NCBI GenBank assembly: GCA_902572345.1
Contig: CACGEW010000006.1
Span: 15,231-79,230 of the forward strand
DNA: 64,000 bases
Source of the DNA: an uncultured Pelagibacteraceae bacterium
GTDB lineage: Bacteria; Pseudomonadota; Alphaproteobacteria; Pelagibacterales; Pelagibacteraceae
Reading direction: 5' to 3'
Below, piece after piece: positions 10,412 through 19,001 of this stretch. The translations under genes and the position numbers were made by a program. The notes under the pieces were generated by a model. It saw only the letters and a list, made by a program, of their open reading frames with translations, did not search any database and had not been told where the DNA came from. Each line of letters opens with the position of its first letter. Within the stretch, counting starts at the first letter, position 1.

Positions 10412-10873
10412 ATGAAAAATAAATACTTATCTTTACTTATTATACTTTTAATAACATTTATTGCACCGATGATTGGCAGTTATGCGACAACAACTTTTAA
10501 AGAACCCTGGTATTCACAAATCACTTTACCGAGTTTTAATCCACCAAGCTGGGTTTTTGCTCCTGTATGGTCCACATTATATTTTTTAATGTCATTAGCA
10601 ATTTGGAAAGTTTGGATAAAATCTTTTGAAACAAAATTATTAAAAATTTACTTTATTCATTTATTTTTTAATAGTACATGGAGCGTAGTATTTTTTGGTT
10701 TTCACTTAATTGGTATAGCTTTGGTAAATTTAATAATTATATTAATATTTATTATAATTTTAATGAAAGAGTATTTTTCTATAGATAAAATGAGTTTTTA
10801 TTTAATGGCCCCTTATTTAGCTTGGTCAAGCTATGCATTAATTCTTAATAGTTCAATTTTTCTATTAAACTAA
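10412..10873 (+). CDS. tspO: TspO/MBR tryptophan-rich sensory protein
   Basis: The 153-aa product has 5 TM segments and the motifs WYSQITLPSFNPPSWVFAPVWSTLY and APYLAWSSYA. Confidence 0.8.
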   Translation: MKNKYLSLLIILLITFIAPMIGSYATTTFKEPWYSQITLPSFNPPSWVFAPVWSTLYFLMSLAIWKVWIKSFETKLLKIYFIHLFFNSTWSVVFFGFHLIGIALVNLIIILIFIIILMKEYFSIDKMSFYLMAPYLAWSSYALILNSSIFLLN

Positions 10874-11340
10874 AACCATCTAACTGGGTATTTTCTTTTC
10901 AGGATATACCGATTTATTATTACAGATAAAACAATGATGACTATTGAACCAACTATTACAGGAAAAACAACGTAACTCAACGAAACGTCAGCAAACAATG
11001 CTATTAAAGGGTTTGCGGCTGCAGGAGGATGTATAATTTTAAAATATATCATTAGTGTCACAGTAGTCCCTACAGATAATCCAAGCGTAAGGTAAGACAT
11101 CCCTAAAAATTCATTAAAAAGTATTCCTATAACGATTGCTAATAAGTGACCAAAAAAAACATTTGCGGGTTGAGCAAATTCACTATCATGAAATACTAAT
11201 ACGATTAAAGTAGATGATCCAAAAGAAAACATTAACCAAAAACCTGTGGATGTTTCAAAGCTAAGGAAAGAGAGAATTCCAATAATAATTGACGCAAATA
11301 GTCCTGCGAGCAAAGGTTCTAATTTTTTAGGTATTTTCAT
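10870..11340 (-). CDS. HPP family membrane protein
   Basis: It is an integral membrane protein with the signature IIHPPAAANPLI (HPP motif). Confidence 0.6.
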   Translation of the reverse strand: MKIPKKLEPLLAGLFASIIIGILSFLSFETSTGFWLMFSFGSSTLIVLVFHDSEFAQPANVFFGHLLAIVIGILFNEFLGMSYLTLGLSVGTTVTLMIYFKIIHPPAAANPLIALFADVSLSYVVFPVIVGSIVIIVLSVIINRYILKRKYPVRWF

Positions 11341-11375
11341 ATATATTTTTTTTTAAATTAAGCTATATACACATA

Positions 11376-12170
11376 ATGGATTATAACAAACCATTCAACT
11401 TCCTTAAAAAATTACCACCTAAGTTGAACTCATTTTATAAAAAAAAATCTAAGTCTGGTTTAGTAGTAAGCAATAAATCAAAGTCTAAAAAAGATTTTGA
11501 TCCTGTAACTAATTTTGATAGAGCATTTGAAAAATATATACGCTCACTAATAAATAAAAAATTTCCAAAAGACTCTATTATTGGAGAAGAATTTGAAGAT
11601 AAATTTTCATCAAATGATTATAAATGGTCTATTGACCCAATAGATGGCACAAGGGCTTTTGTTATTGGAGCACCAACATGGTCAAATTTAATAAGTTTAT
11701 CGTTCGAGGAAAGATCTTTGATAGGTCTGGCTAATTTTCCAGAGCTAGATAAATATTATATTAATGATAAAAAAAAATCTTATTGTTATAAAAACAAAAA
11801 AAAGTTTATTTTAAAATCATCAAATAATAATAATTTAAAAACAATTAAAATAATTGGAAATTTTCATGGAACATTAAGTTATGAAAAACAACGTAGAGTG
11901 ATTAAAAAATTTGGTTGGTCTTTTAGATTAGCTGGGTTTGATGCGCTGAATTATTGTTTGTTAGCTGAGGGAAAAGTTGATGCTGTAATTGAAGCAAATT
12001 TAAAACCTTATGATATACTCCCTTTAATACCAATTATAAAAAATTCCGGGGCAATAGTAACAAATTGGAAGAATGAACCAGCGGAGAATGGCGGAAATAT
12101 TCTAGCAACATCTAACAAAATTTTGCATAATAAGATTTTAAATTTATTAAAGCCGTTTACCAAAAAGTAG
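11376..12170 (+). CDS. Inositol monophosphatase family protein (possibly HisN-type histidinol-phosphatase)
   Basis: It has the metal-binding motifs IGEEFED and WSIDPIDGTRAF. The exact substrate cannot be read from the sequence. Confidence 0.6.
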   Translation: MDYNKPFNFLKKLPPKLNSFYKKKSKSGLVVSNKSKSKKDFDPVTNFDRAFEKYIRSLINKKFPKDSIIGEEFEDKFSSNDYKWSIDPIDGTRAFVIGAPTWSNLISLSFEERSLIGLANFPELDKYYINDKKKSYCYKNKKKFILKSSNNNNLKTIKIIGNFHGTLSYEKQRRVIKKFGWSFRLAGFDALNYCLLAEGKVDAVIEANLKPYDILPLIPIIKNSGAIVTNWKNEPAENGGNILATSNKILHNKILNLLKPFTKK

Positions 12171-12171
12171 A

Positions 12172-12693
12172 ATGATAAATATATTTTTAAATCGAGTATT
12201 CAGAGCAATAAAAATTGATATTGAATTGTTTGAAGAAGTTGAAAAAGATAAAAATGCAACTTTTCAAGCAGGTGCTGTAGTAGTCTTATCTAGTTTGGCC
12301 GCAGGTGTAGGTTCAATTCATTTAGGAGCCTCTAATTTTCTAATAGCACCAGCCCTTTCATTATTAAGCTGGTATGTGTGGGCGTATGTAATTTATTTTG
12401 TTGGGGTAAAGCTTTTTGGTGGAGTTAAAACAAAAAGTAACCACGGAGAACTTTTAAGAACAATAGGTTTTTCAAGTGCACCAGGATTAATTAGAGTTTT
12501 TGGAATAACACCTGAGCTAATGACAGTTACATTTATTGGTTCTGCTTTTTGGATGCTTGCTTGCATGGTTGTAGCAGTAAAAGCAGCTTTAGATTACGAT
12601 AGTCTTTGGAAAGCTTTTGGAGTTGTTGTAGTTTCCTGGTTGTTTCAAGCTTTTTTCTTATTCTTAGTGATAGTTTTATTCAAAGGGATTTAA
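12172..12693 (+). CDS. Yip1-domain membrane protein
   Basis: An amphipathic N-terminus is followed by 4-5 TM segments, and the layout resembles YIP1 family proteins. Confidence 0.45.
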   Translation: MINIFLNRVFRAIKIDIELFEEVEKDKNATFQAGAVVVLSSLAAGVGSIHLGASNFLIAPALSLLSWYVWAYVIYFVGVKLFGGVKTKSNHGELLRTIGFSSAPGLIRVFGITPELMTVTFIGSAFWMLACMVVAVKAALDYDSLWKAFGVVVVSWLFQAFFLFLVIVLFKGI

Positions 12694-13010
12694 ATAGGGA
12701 ATATTGTTTTTGCTAGATTACAACTTTTACAAATCTTGTAGCCATGCATAATTAAATTTTGTTTAACGCTTTCTTCCTCTTTTTTACATTCTTCACATAC
12801 ATCATTAATTTCCAGTCCTTCCTTAATAACCCAAGCTCTATGGTAAAAATTGTCTACGTTTTTTTGTATTAAAGATTTTGCAAAAATTTCGGCCTGCTTT
12901 TTTTTAAATGGGCCATGAATTTTTTTAGTTTTTTCATCAATTGTATCAATATTGTTAGGGTTTTTATGAATTCCCTCTATGACAATAAATCCATCGTTTT
13001 CCATATTCAT
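12690..13010 (-). CDS. Hypothetical protein, DUF4170-like N-terminus plus a C-terminal CxxC...CxxC element
   Basis: The ORF fills the gap exactly. CEEC and CKSC pairs suggest a zinc ribbon, and the N-terminal half resembles small alphaproteobacterial DUF4170 proteins. Confidence 0.35.
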   Translation of the reverse strand: MNMENDGFIVIEGIHKNPNNIDTIDEKTKKIHGPFKKKQAEIFAKSLIQKNVDNFYHRAWVIKEGLEINDVCEECKKEEESVKQNLIMHGYKICKSCNLAKTIFPI

Positions 13011-13028
13011 TAATATAACATATTTAAA

Positions 13029-13598
13029 ATGAGAATTTTTTTACTATTCGTCACATTAATAATCATAAATCCAGCTTTACATGCTGAGGAAAAAAAAGCT
13101 TATTTTGCAGGGGGTTGCTTTTGGTGTATGGAGGAGTCATTCGATCAAGTGGAGGGTGTAATTTCGACAATCTCCGGTTATTCTGGTGGACACTTAAAAA
13201 ATCCAAAATATGCCGATGTAATTTATACAGACTCGGGACATGTAGAGGCTATTGAAGTTACTTATGACTCAACCAAGATTAACTATCAAAAACTTTTAGA
13301 TATATATTGGAAAAATATAGACCCATTCGATGCCAACGGTCAGTTTTGTGACAAGGGAAAAAGTTATAGATCTGTAATTTTTTTTGAGAATGAGAAACAA
13401 AAAGAACTTATTGATAATTCATTTAAGAAATTAGAAAATATATTTAATAAAAAAATTGTCACATTAGTTTGGAAATTTGAAAAATTTTACAAAGCTGAAA
13501 CTTATCATCAAGATTATTATGAAAAAAATTTTATACGATATTTAATGTATAAAAAAGGATGTCAAAGAGAGGAAACTTTAAAAAAAATATGGAATTAA
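13029..13598 (+). CDS. msrA: Peptide-methionine (S)-S-oxide reductase, with signal peptide
   Basis: It has the active-site motif AYFAGGCFWCME and a YHQDYY motif, plus an N-terminal signal-like sequence. Confidence 0.9.
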   Translation: MRIFLLFVTLIIINPALHAEEKKAYFAGGCFWCMEESFDQVEGVISTISGYSGGHLKNPKYADVIYTDSGHVEAIEVTYDSTKINYQKLLDIYWKNIDPFDANGQFCDKGKSYRSVIFFENEKQKELIDNSFKKLENIFNKKIVTLVWKFEKFYKAETYHQDYYEKNFIRYLMYKKGCQREETLKKIWN

Positions 13599-14044
13599 AA
13601 AAGATATATTTATTCATAATTGTAATTTTATTTAGCAATAAACTTAGTAGTGAAATTATAAATCCTAATGAAAAATTGTTACCTTATGATGTTGTTAAAA
13701 TACAATTAGAGGCACTTAAAAATAATAATAAGAATGACGAAGGCATAAAACAAACTTGGTTGTTTGCCCATCCTGATAATAAAAAAATTACAGGACCGTA
13801 TGAGCGATTTAGAATTATGATTTATGGAGCTCAATATAGACCACTGCTAAATCATTCTTCACATAAAATTAATTTGCTCATGAATGCTCCTGATAAGCAT
13901 ATATTTAAGATTGAAATATTAGCGAAAGATAAAAAATTATTGTTTTATGAATGGCATGTTCAAAAAGCTTCTGAAAAAAATTGTAATAGTTGTTGGTTTA
14001 CCTCAGCAGTATCAGTACCTATGGATCAAGGAAATACTATCTAA
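13589..14044 (+). CDS. DUF4864-like secreted protein
   Basis: I moved the start to MELKKIYLFIIVILF (signal peptide). The pattern VVKIQLEALK...AHPDNKKITGPYERFRIMI resembles DUF4864. Confidence 0.4.
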   Translation: MELKKIYLFIIVILFSNKLSSEIINPNEKLLPYDVVKIQLEALKNNNKNDEGIKQTWLFAHPDNKKITGPYERFRIMIYGAQYRPLLNHSSHKINLLMNAPDKHIFKIEILAKDKKLLFYEWHVQKASEKNCNSCWFTSAVSVPMDQGNTI

Positions 14045-14247
14045 TGAAAAAACCACCATATATGTATAGGCTTTTAATAATTGCCTTAATACTAACTGTT
14101 ATTCCAATAGGTACTACACAAATAGCATCATTATACTTAGGTTCTAAGAACGGAGTTTTATTAGGTTTCTGCGTTGGCATTCCTTGTGTAACTTTTGCCT
14201 GTTGGAAAATGTTTATGGATGATTGGAGAAATGAGGATGAAGAATGA
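14044..14247 (+). CDS. Small two-TM membrane protein
   Basis: It starts at MKKPPYMYRLLIIAL, has two hydrophobic helices and an acidic tail, and overlaps the next gene by 4 nt. Confidence 0.35.
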   Translation: MKKPPYMYRLLIIALILTVIPIGTTQIASLYLGSKNGVLLGFCVGIPCVTFACWKMFMDDWRNEDEE

Positions 14248-15374
14248 TCTTCAAAACAACCAGAGAACAGGCTCTTCAAGATCTAGAAAATTACATTAAT
14301 AAAGATATTGTAAATTATTCTACACAAAGAAATTTCGATTTTGGGCCTAGTAAAAGAAATAATGTTTCGTGCTTATCTCCTTATATCTCTCATAGATTAA
14401 TTACTGAATATGAAGTTGCGAAGAAAGTTTTAAGTAAATTTCCTTATCAGAAAGTTGAAAAATATATTCAAGAAATATTTTGGAGAGTTTATTGGAAAGG
14501 TTGGTTGGAGCTAAGACCCCAAGTTTGGACTGACTTTATTGAGGATTTAAAAGGTATAGAGGAAGATAAAAATTTTCAAATAGCGGTATCTGGAAAAACT
14601 GAAATACAATGTTTTAATGATTGGGTGAATGAGCTTAAAGAAAATAATTATTTACACAATCATACAAGAATGTGGTTTGCTAGCATTTGGATATTTACTT
14701 TAAATTTACCTTGGCAAAAAGGTGCAGAGTTTTTTATGAGATATTTATATGATGGAGATGCCGCTTCTAACACATTGAGTTGGAGATGGGTTGCTGGACT
14801 TCAAACTAAAGGAAAGCACTATGTTGCTCAAGGATGGAACATTGCTAAATTTACTAACAATAAATACAAAAATGTTAGTTTAAATGAGGATGCGACACCA
14901 TTAATTGATAAGAGAGAGTATAAAATATCATCTCTAGAAATAAATAAAGAAGATTTAGAAAGCAAAACACTTGTATTTTTTGAAAGCGAACTAAATATTG
15001 AAACATTAAATCTTAAAAATTATCAAAATATATATTGTGTTTTTCTCAGCAATGAAAAAAGAAAAATTAAACTTGATGAAAAGGTAATCAATTTTAAAAA
15101 AAAAATTATTGAAGACCAGGTCAATAGGTTTTCAAATATTAAAATAATTGATGAAATCAACTTTGATAAATTGACAAGTGAAATAAAAGATCTGGATGTA
15201 ATTTACCCTTCTATAGGAGAAAATTTATCATTTTTAAAAAGTATAAAAAAAAAGAAAAATTTGAATTATAATTTTATAGTGAGAGAGGGAGATGAATTTT
15301 GTTGGCAGTTCTCAAATAAAGGCTATTTTAATTTTAAATCAAATATACCAAAGATAATTCAAAAAATTACTTAG
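14244..15374 (+). CDS. Photolyase-homology FAD-binding-domain protein without the usual N-terminal antenna domain
   Basis: The motifs SCLSPYISHRLIT, EIFWRVYWKGW and HNHTRMWFASIW...YDGDAASNTLSWRWVAG match the C-terminal FAD domain of photolyase/cryptochromes. They sit at the N-terminus and are followed by about 160 aa of unassigned sequence. Confidence 0.7.
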   Translation: MIFKTTREQALQDLENYINKDIVNYSTQRNFDFGPSKRNNVSCLSPYISHRLITEYEVAKKVLSKFPYQKVEKYIQEIFWRVYWKGWLELRPQVWTDFIEDLKGIEEDKNFQIAVSGKTEIQCFNDWVNELKENNYLHNHTRMWFASIWIFTLNLPWQKGAEFFMRYLYDGDAASNTLSWRWVAGLQTKGKHYVAQGWNIAKFTNNKYKNVSLNEDATPLIDKREYKISSLEINKEDLESKTLVFFESELNIETLNLKNYQNIYCVFLSNEKRKIKLDEKVINFKKKIIEDQVNRFSNIKIIDEINFDKLTSEIKDLDVIYPSIGENLSFLKSIKKKKNLNYNFIVREGDEFCWQFSNKGYFNFKSNIPKIIQKIT

Positions 15375-15492
15375 AAGCACATCTTTTAGAACAGTACTTT
15401 ACTCTATCCCAGTTCAATCTCCATTTTTTTCTCCAAGAAAAAGGTTTATTACATTTTGGACAAATTTTTTTCGGTAAGTTAGTTTTTTTCAC
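15367..15492 (-). CDS. DUF2256 family small zinc-ribbon protein (not in the supplied ORF track)
   Basis: My manual translation from GTG is VKKTNLPKKICPKCNKPFSWRKKWRLNWDRVKYCSKRCASK. It matches the DUF2256 pattern C-x2-C...PF-WRKKW...WD-VKYCS-RC. It overlaps the DCC gene by 14 nt and the convergent photolyase-like gene by 8 nt. Confidence 0.6.
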   Translation of the reverse strand: MKKTNLPKKICPKCNKPFSWRKKWRLNWDRVKYCSKRCASK

Positions 15493-15838
15493 TATCTAAT
15501 AAATGTTTATTTTTTATAAAAAGAAAATAAGCTGCTATTTCATAAAAAATATTTAGAAAGAAAAACAAAGGTTTTATCTTAAAGATTTTATACAAGAAAT
15601 TATATTTAGGTATATTTTTCCAAATAATTAAAAAAGACTCTGCTCCATCGATTACTTTTCCATCTTGAATTACATGCATTCGTCTTAATAAGGCCTTGTA
15701 TGATTTTGAGGTTAATTGTTGAGCATCCTGATTATCAGTAACATCAACCCATTCCAAATTACCATCAGAGTGTTTCTTGTAATGATTAATCTCAGCTCTA
15801 CATATGTTACATGAATTATTAAAAAAGACTTTAACCAT
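15479..15838 (-). CDS. Thiol-disulfide oxidoreductase DCC family protein (DUF393)
   Basis: The N-terminal motif VFFNNSCNICRAEINHY is the DCC CxxC motif, and the length is 119 aa. Confidence 0.7.
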   Translation of the reverse strand: MVKVFFNNSCNICRAEINHYKKHSDGNLEWVDVTDNQDAQQLTSKSYKALLRRMHVIQDGKVIDGAESFLIIWKNIPKYNFLYKIFKIKPLFFFLNIFYEIAAYFLFIKNKHLLDSEKN

Positions 15839-17312
15839 TTGTATTTTCTTTAATAAAATTATTTGCTGCTTTAAAAATTCTCATTTTTCTCTCTTTGTTC
15901 ATTTTCTCTGAAATTCTTACCATCATAGCAAGACGAGGATTTTTTAAGAAAAACTTTTTATGACCATCTATAAATTTCCAATATAATCCATCCATAACAT
16001 CACACCATGTACCCTTTTTAAAATGCATCATTTTTAAAAAATAACTAGAGCCACAAATGTAAGGTTTGGTAGCAAATATTCCACCATCACTAAATAAACC
16101 CATTCCATAAACATTTGGAGCCATTACCCAGTCTGAAGAATCTACAAACATTTCCATAAACCATTTATAAACTTGTTTTGGATTTATTTCACAAAGGTTC
16201 ATGATATTCGCTAAAATCATTAATCTTTCGATGTGATGAGACCATCCATAATTTTTAGCATTATTGATTGCATGATCAAGAGGATCCAAACCTGTAGTGC
16301 CTTCATACCAAGATTTTTTCATCTTTCGATTATGATTAAAAAAGTTTGTTTTTTCTAATCTTTGATCATAATTTTGATAAATTCCTCTCATAAATTCTCT
16401 CCAACCAATTATTTGTCTTACGTAACCTTCTAAAGAATTCATAGGTACTTTGTTTTCAATCTTTTTTAATTTAGTAATAATTTCCTCAGGTGTAATTAAA
16501 CCTAAATTTATAAGAGGGCTTAAAGCGCTATGAAAAACAGTATTTGATTTATCAGTAACAGCATCCTCATAATCCCCAAAAAGTTTAATTCTCTCTCTGA
16601 AGAATTCATCCAACCATTTATTTGCATCTTTCCTTGTTGTAGGAAACCAAAATTTATCTGCATCACCCGGATGATCTTTAAAGTTAGAATTAATAAATTT
16701 TTTTAAAATAGTAGTATCTTTTGTATCTTTCACTTTAGATATTTCTGGAATTTTAATTGTATTAGGTAGTTTTTTTCTATTTTCTTCATCAAAGCTCCAC
16801 TTATTTCCTTTAGGTGTTCCATTTTTATTCATCAATAAATTTGTTTTAGTTCTTACAATTTTATAAAAGTTTGCCATGAAGGGTCGCTTATTTTTTGAGA
16901 GGTAGTTTTTAAATTCTTCTCTATCTATTAAAAACATTGGAGATTTTATTTGATTGATTTTGAGTGAATTTTTTTTAGCAATATTTATAATTTTTTTCTC
17001 AAAAAATTTGTCCTCAATTTCAAAAAAAGATAGTTCTTTTATTTTTTTTTCTTTAATTATTTTTTCTAATTTTTTTTCGTAAGATAATTTAAAATCTTTA
17101 TTAATGTCTTTGTAAATAATATTAAAATTTTTAGATTTAATCTCATCTCTAAAAGATCTCATTGACGACAAAAATAATAAAATCTTTAGTTTGTGATGCT
17201 TCTCAAAAGTACATAAGCCATAATCTTCAGCCATGAAAAAAGTATGATCTTTAAAATCATTTAAGTATTTCGGTGAAAATAATTGATTTCCAAGTAATAA
17301 AAAAAGCTTCAT
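15831..17312 (-). CDS. Cryptochrome/photolyase family protein (COG3046, photolyase-related / FeS-BCP-like clade)
   Basis: The 493-aa product has the motifs HSALSPLINLGLITP, GWREFMRGIY, GWSHHIERLMILANIM and DWVMAPNVYGM. Confidence 0.8.
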   Translation of the reverse strand: MKLFLLLGNQLFSPKYLNDFKDHTFFMAEDYGLCTFEKHHKLKILLFLSSMRSFRDEIKSKNFNIIYKDINKDFKLSYEKKLEKIIKEKKIKELSFFEIEDKFFEKKIINIAKKNSLKINQIKSPMFLIDREEFKNYLSKNKRPFMANFYKIVRTKTNLLMNKNGTPKGNKWSFDEENRKKLPNTIKIPEISKVKDTKDTTILKKFINSNFKDHPGDADKFWFPTTRKDANKWLDEFFRERIKLFGDYEDAVTDKSNTVFHSALSPLINLGLITPEEIITKLKKIENKVPMNSLEGYVRQIIGWREFMRGIYQNYDQRLEKTNFFNHNRKMKKSWYEGTTGLDPLDHAINNAKNYGWSHHIERLMILANIMNLCEINPKQVYKWFMEMFVDSSDWVMAPNVYGMGLFSDGGIFATKPYICGSSYFLKMMHFKKGTWCDVMDGLYWKFIDGHKKFFLKNPRLAMMVRISEKMNKERKMRIFKAANNFIKENTNG

Positions 17313-17396
17313 ATGTAGTAAATTACACCTTTTATTAAGTTATTACACGCGTCATTATTTGCATTTAATTCATGGTTAATAGTGTTATTTTTAAAT

Positions 17397-18107
17397 ATGA
17401 AAAAAGTAATATTAGGTGCAACCGGATCAATTGGATCCTCACTTGCAAAAAAACTTGTAGAGTCAGGGGAACAAGTACATTTGGTAGGAAGAGACGAAGC
17501 TAGTTTATCAGAGTTAGCAAACGAAATTAATTCTACGTTTACAACGTGTGATGTTTTAGAAGAAAATTTTTCTGAAAAAATAATTAATGATCTTAAAGAC
17601 GAGCAGGTGAATGGCTTAGCTTATTGTGTTGGATCAATAGATCTTAAACCTTTGAAGCTTACTAAGAAAAGTGATTTTATGCAATCATTCAATCTTAATT
17701 TAGTTTCTGCGACAGAAATTATTAAATCTTTAGCTGATAATTTAAAAGCAAGCAAAGGGTCGATTGTTTTATTCTCAACAGTGGCTGTACAACAAGGCTT
17801 TCCAAACCATGCCATAGTTTCATCTGCGAAAGGAGCAGTTGAAGGTTTAACTCTAGCTCTTGCCGCTGAATATGCTCCAAACATTAGAGTAAATTGTATT
17901 GCTCCAAGTTTGACTAATTCAAAAATATCAAATTTTTTACTTAAAAACGATAAGATGGCTGAGAGTATTGCTAAAATGCATCCACTAAAAAGAATTGGAG
18001 AAGGTGGGGACTCTGCATCTGTGGCAAAGTTTCTTTTAACAGATGAAAGCTCATGGATTACAGGTCAAATCTTTGGAGTTGATGGAGGAAGATCATCTGT
18101 CGCATAA
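17397..18107 (+). CDS. Short-chain dehydrogenase/reductase (SDR)
   Basis: I chose the ATG giving MKKVILGATGSIGSS over the upstream GTG. It has an SSAKGAVEGL catalytic region and lies divergent from the photolyase-family gene. Confidence 0.75.
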   Translation: MKKVILGATGSIGSSLAKKLVESGEQVHLVGRDEASLSELANEINSTFTTCDVLEENFSEKIINDLKDEQVNGLAYCVGSIDLKPLKLTKKSDFMQSFNLNLVSATEIIKSLADNLKASKGSIVLFSTVAVQQGFPNHAIVSSAKGAVEGLTLALAAEYAPNIRVNCIAPSLTNSKISNFLLKNDKMAESIAKMHPLKRIGEGGDSASVAKFLLTDESSWITGQIFGVDGGRSSVA

Positions 18108-18138
18108 CAATCATAGTTTTATGGCTTAAATTGTAAGT

Positions 18139-18627
18139 ATGAAAAAAATTGCAATTTTATTAATTACTTTACTTTTAAGCACTCACCTAATGGCTGCTGG
18201 TAGTGATAATAGTAGTAGCAGCTCTTCCGAAGTGTCGTTATACGATGATGCAGTTAAATTAGTTAAAAGAGCCGGCAAGTTAGAAAAAAAGGATAAGCCT
18301 GACAAAGCTAAGAAGCTCTACGCACAAGCTTTCTCTAAATTAGAAAAGGCTTATAAATCAGATAAAAAAAATCCGGATATTTTAAATTATATGGGATTCA
18401 CAACTAGAAAAGTTGGAAATTTTGAACAGGCTGAAAAATTTTACTTAGAGGGTTTAAAAATTAAACCAAATCACAATGGTATTAATGAATATTTAGGAGA
18501 ACTTTACGTCCAGACAAATCAAATAGACAAAGCTAACGAAAGATTAGCAGTTCTTAAAAATTGCAATTGTGATGAGTATAATGAGCTTCAGTTGATTATT
18601 AAAAATAAGGGCGTAAAAATTTATTAA
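18139..18627 (+). CDS. Secreted TPR-repeat protein
   Basis: It has a signal peptide, a poly-Ser linker and TPR-like repeats (FEQAEKFYLEGLKIKPNH). Confidence 0.5.
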   Translation: MKKIAILLITLLLSTHLMAAGSDNSSSSSSEVSLYDDAVKLVKRAGKLEKKDKPDKAKKLYAQAFSKLEKAYKSDKKNPDILNYMGFTTRKVGNFEQAEKFYLEGLKIKPNHNGINEYLGELYVQTNQIDKANERLAVLKNCNCDEYNELQLIIKNKGVKIY

Positions 18628-19001
18628 GATAAGTCTAAAGCAAATTTCTTTAATTTTTCAATTGGAATAAGATCTAATGTTTTAATATTAGTTTTTTTTA
18701 AGTATACTTGACAGGCAGCTCCTTCTTCAATAGCTCTAGCGTACCATGTAGCACACACACACCAAGAGTCTCCATCTTTTAAACCCGGGAACCCAAATTC
18801 AGGATGAGGTGTAATTAAGTCATTGCCAACTTTTTTAGACCATTGCAAAAATTCATCCGTTACTTTTGCACAAACAGTATGGATTCCACGATCGTTTTTA
18901 TCTGTATTGCAACATCCGTCTCTAAACCAACCAGTTAGAGGGTCATTTGAACACGGTTCAAGAGGTTCTCCAAAAACATTTTTTTGAGTTTCTTCACTCA
19001 T
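18624..19001 (-). CDS. DUF2237 family protein
   Basis: The pattern NVFGEPLEPCSNDPLTGWFRDGCC...GDSWCVCATWY is typical of DUF2237. Confidence 0.6.
   Translation of the reverse strand: MSEETQKNVFGEPLEPCSNDPLTGWFRDGCCNTDKNDRGIHTVCAKVTDEFLQWSKKVGNDLITPHPEFGFPGLKDGDSWCVCATWYARAIEEGAACQVYLKKTNIKTLDLIPIEKLKKFALDLS

Noticed and set aside
13990-14043. An upstream extension of the small membrane ORF, and similar extensions of amt copy 2 (25739-25777), hisI (20074-20115), suyA (43736-43792), the M23 peptidase and the SDRs
   Set aside because: The extensions overlap upstream genes or add non-conserved sequence. Internal ATGs give proper signal peptides or stop/start coupling (ATGA or TAATG).
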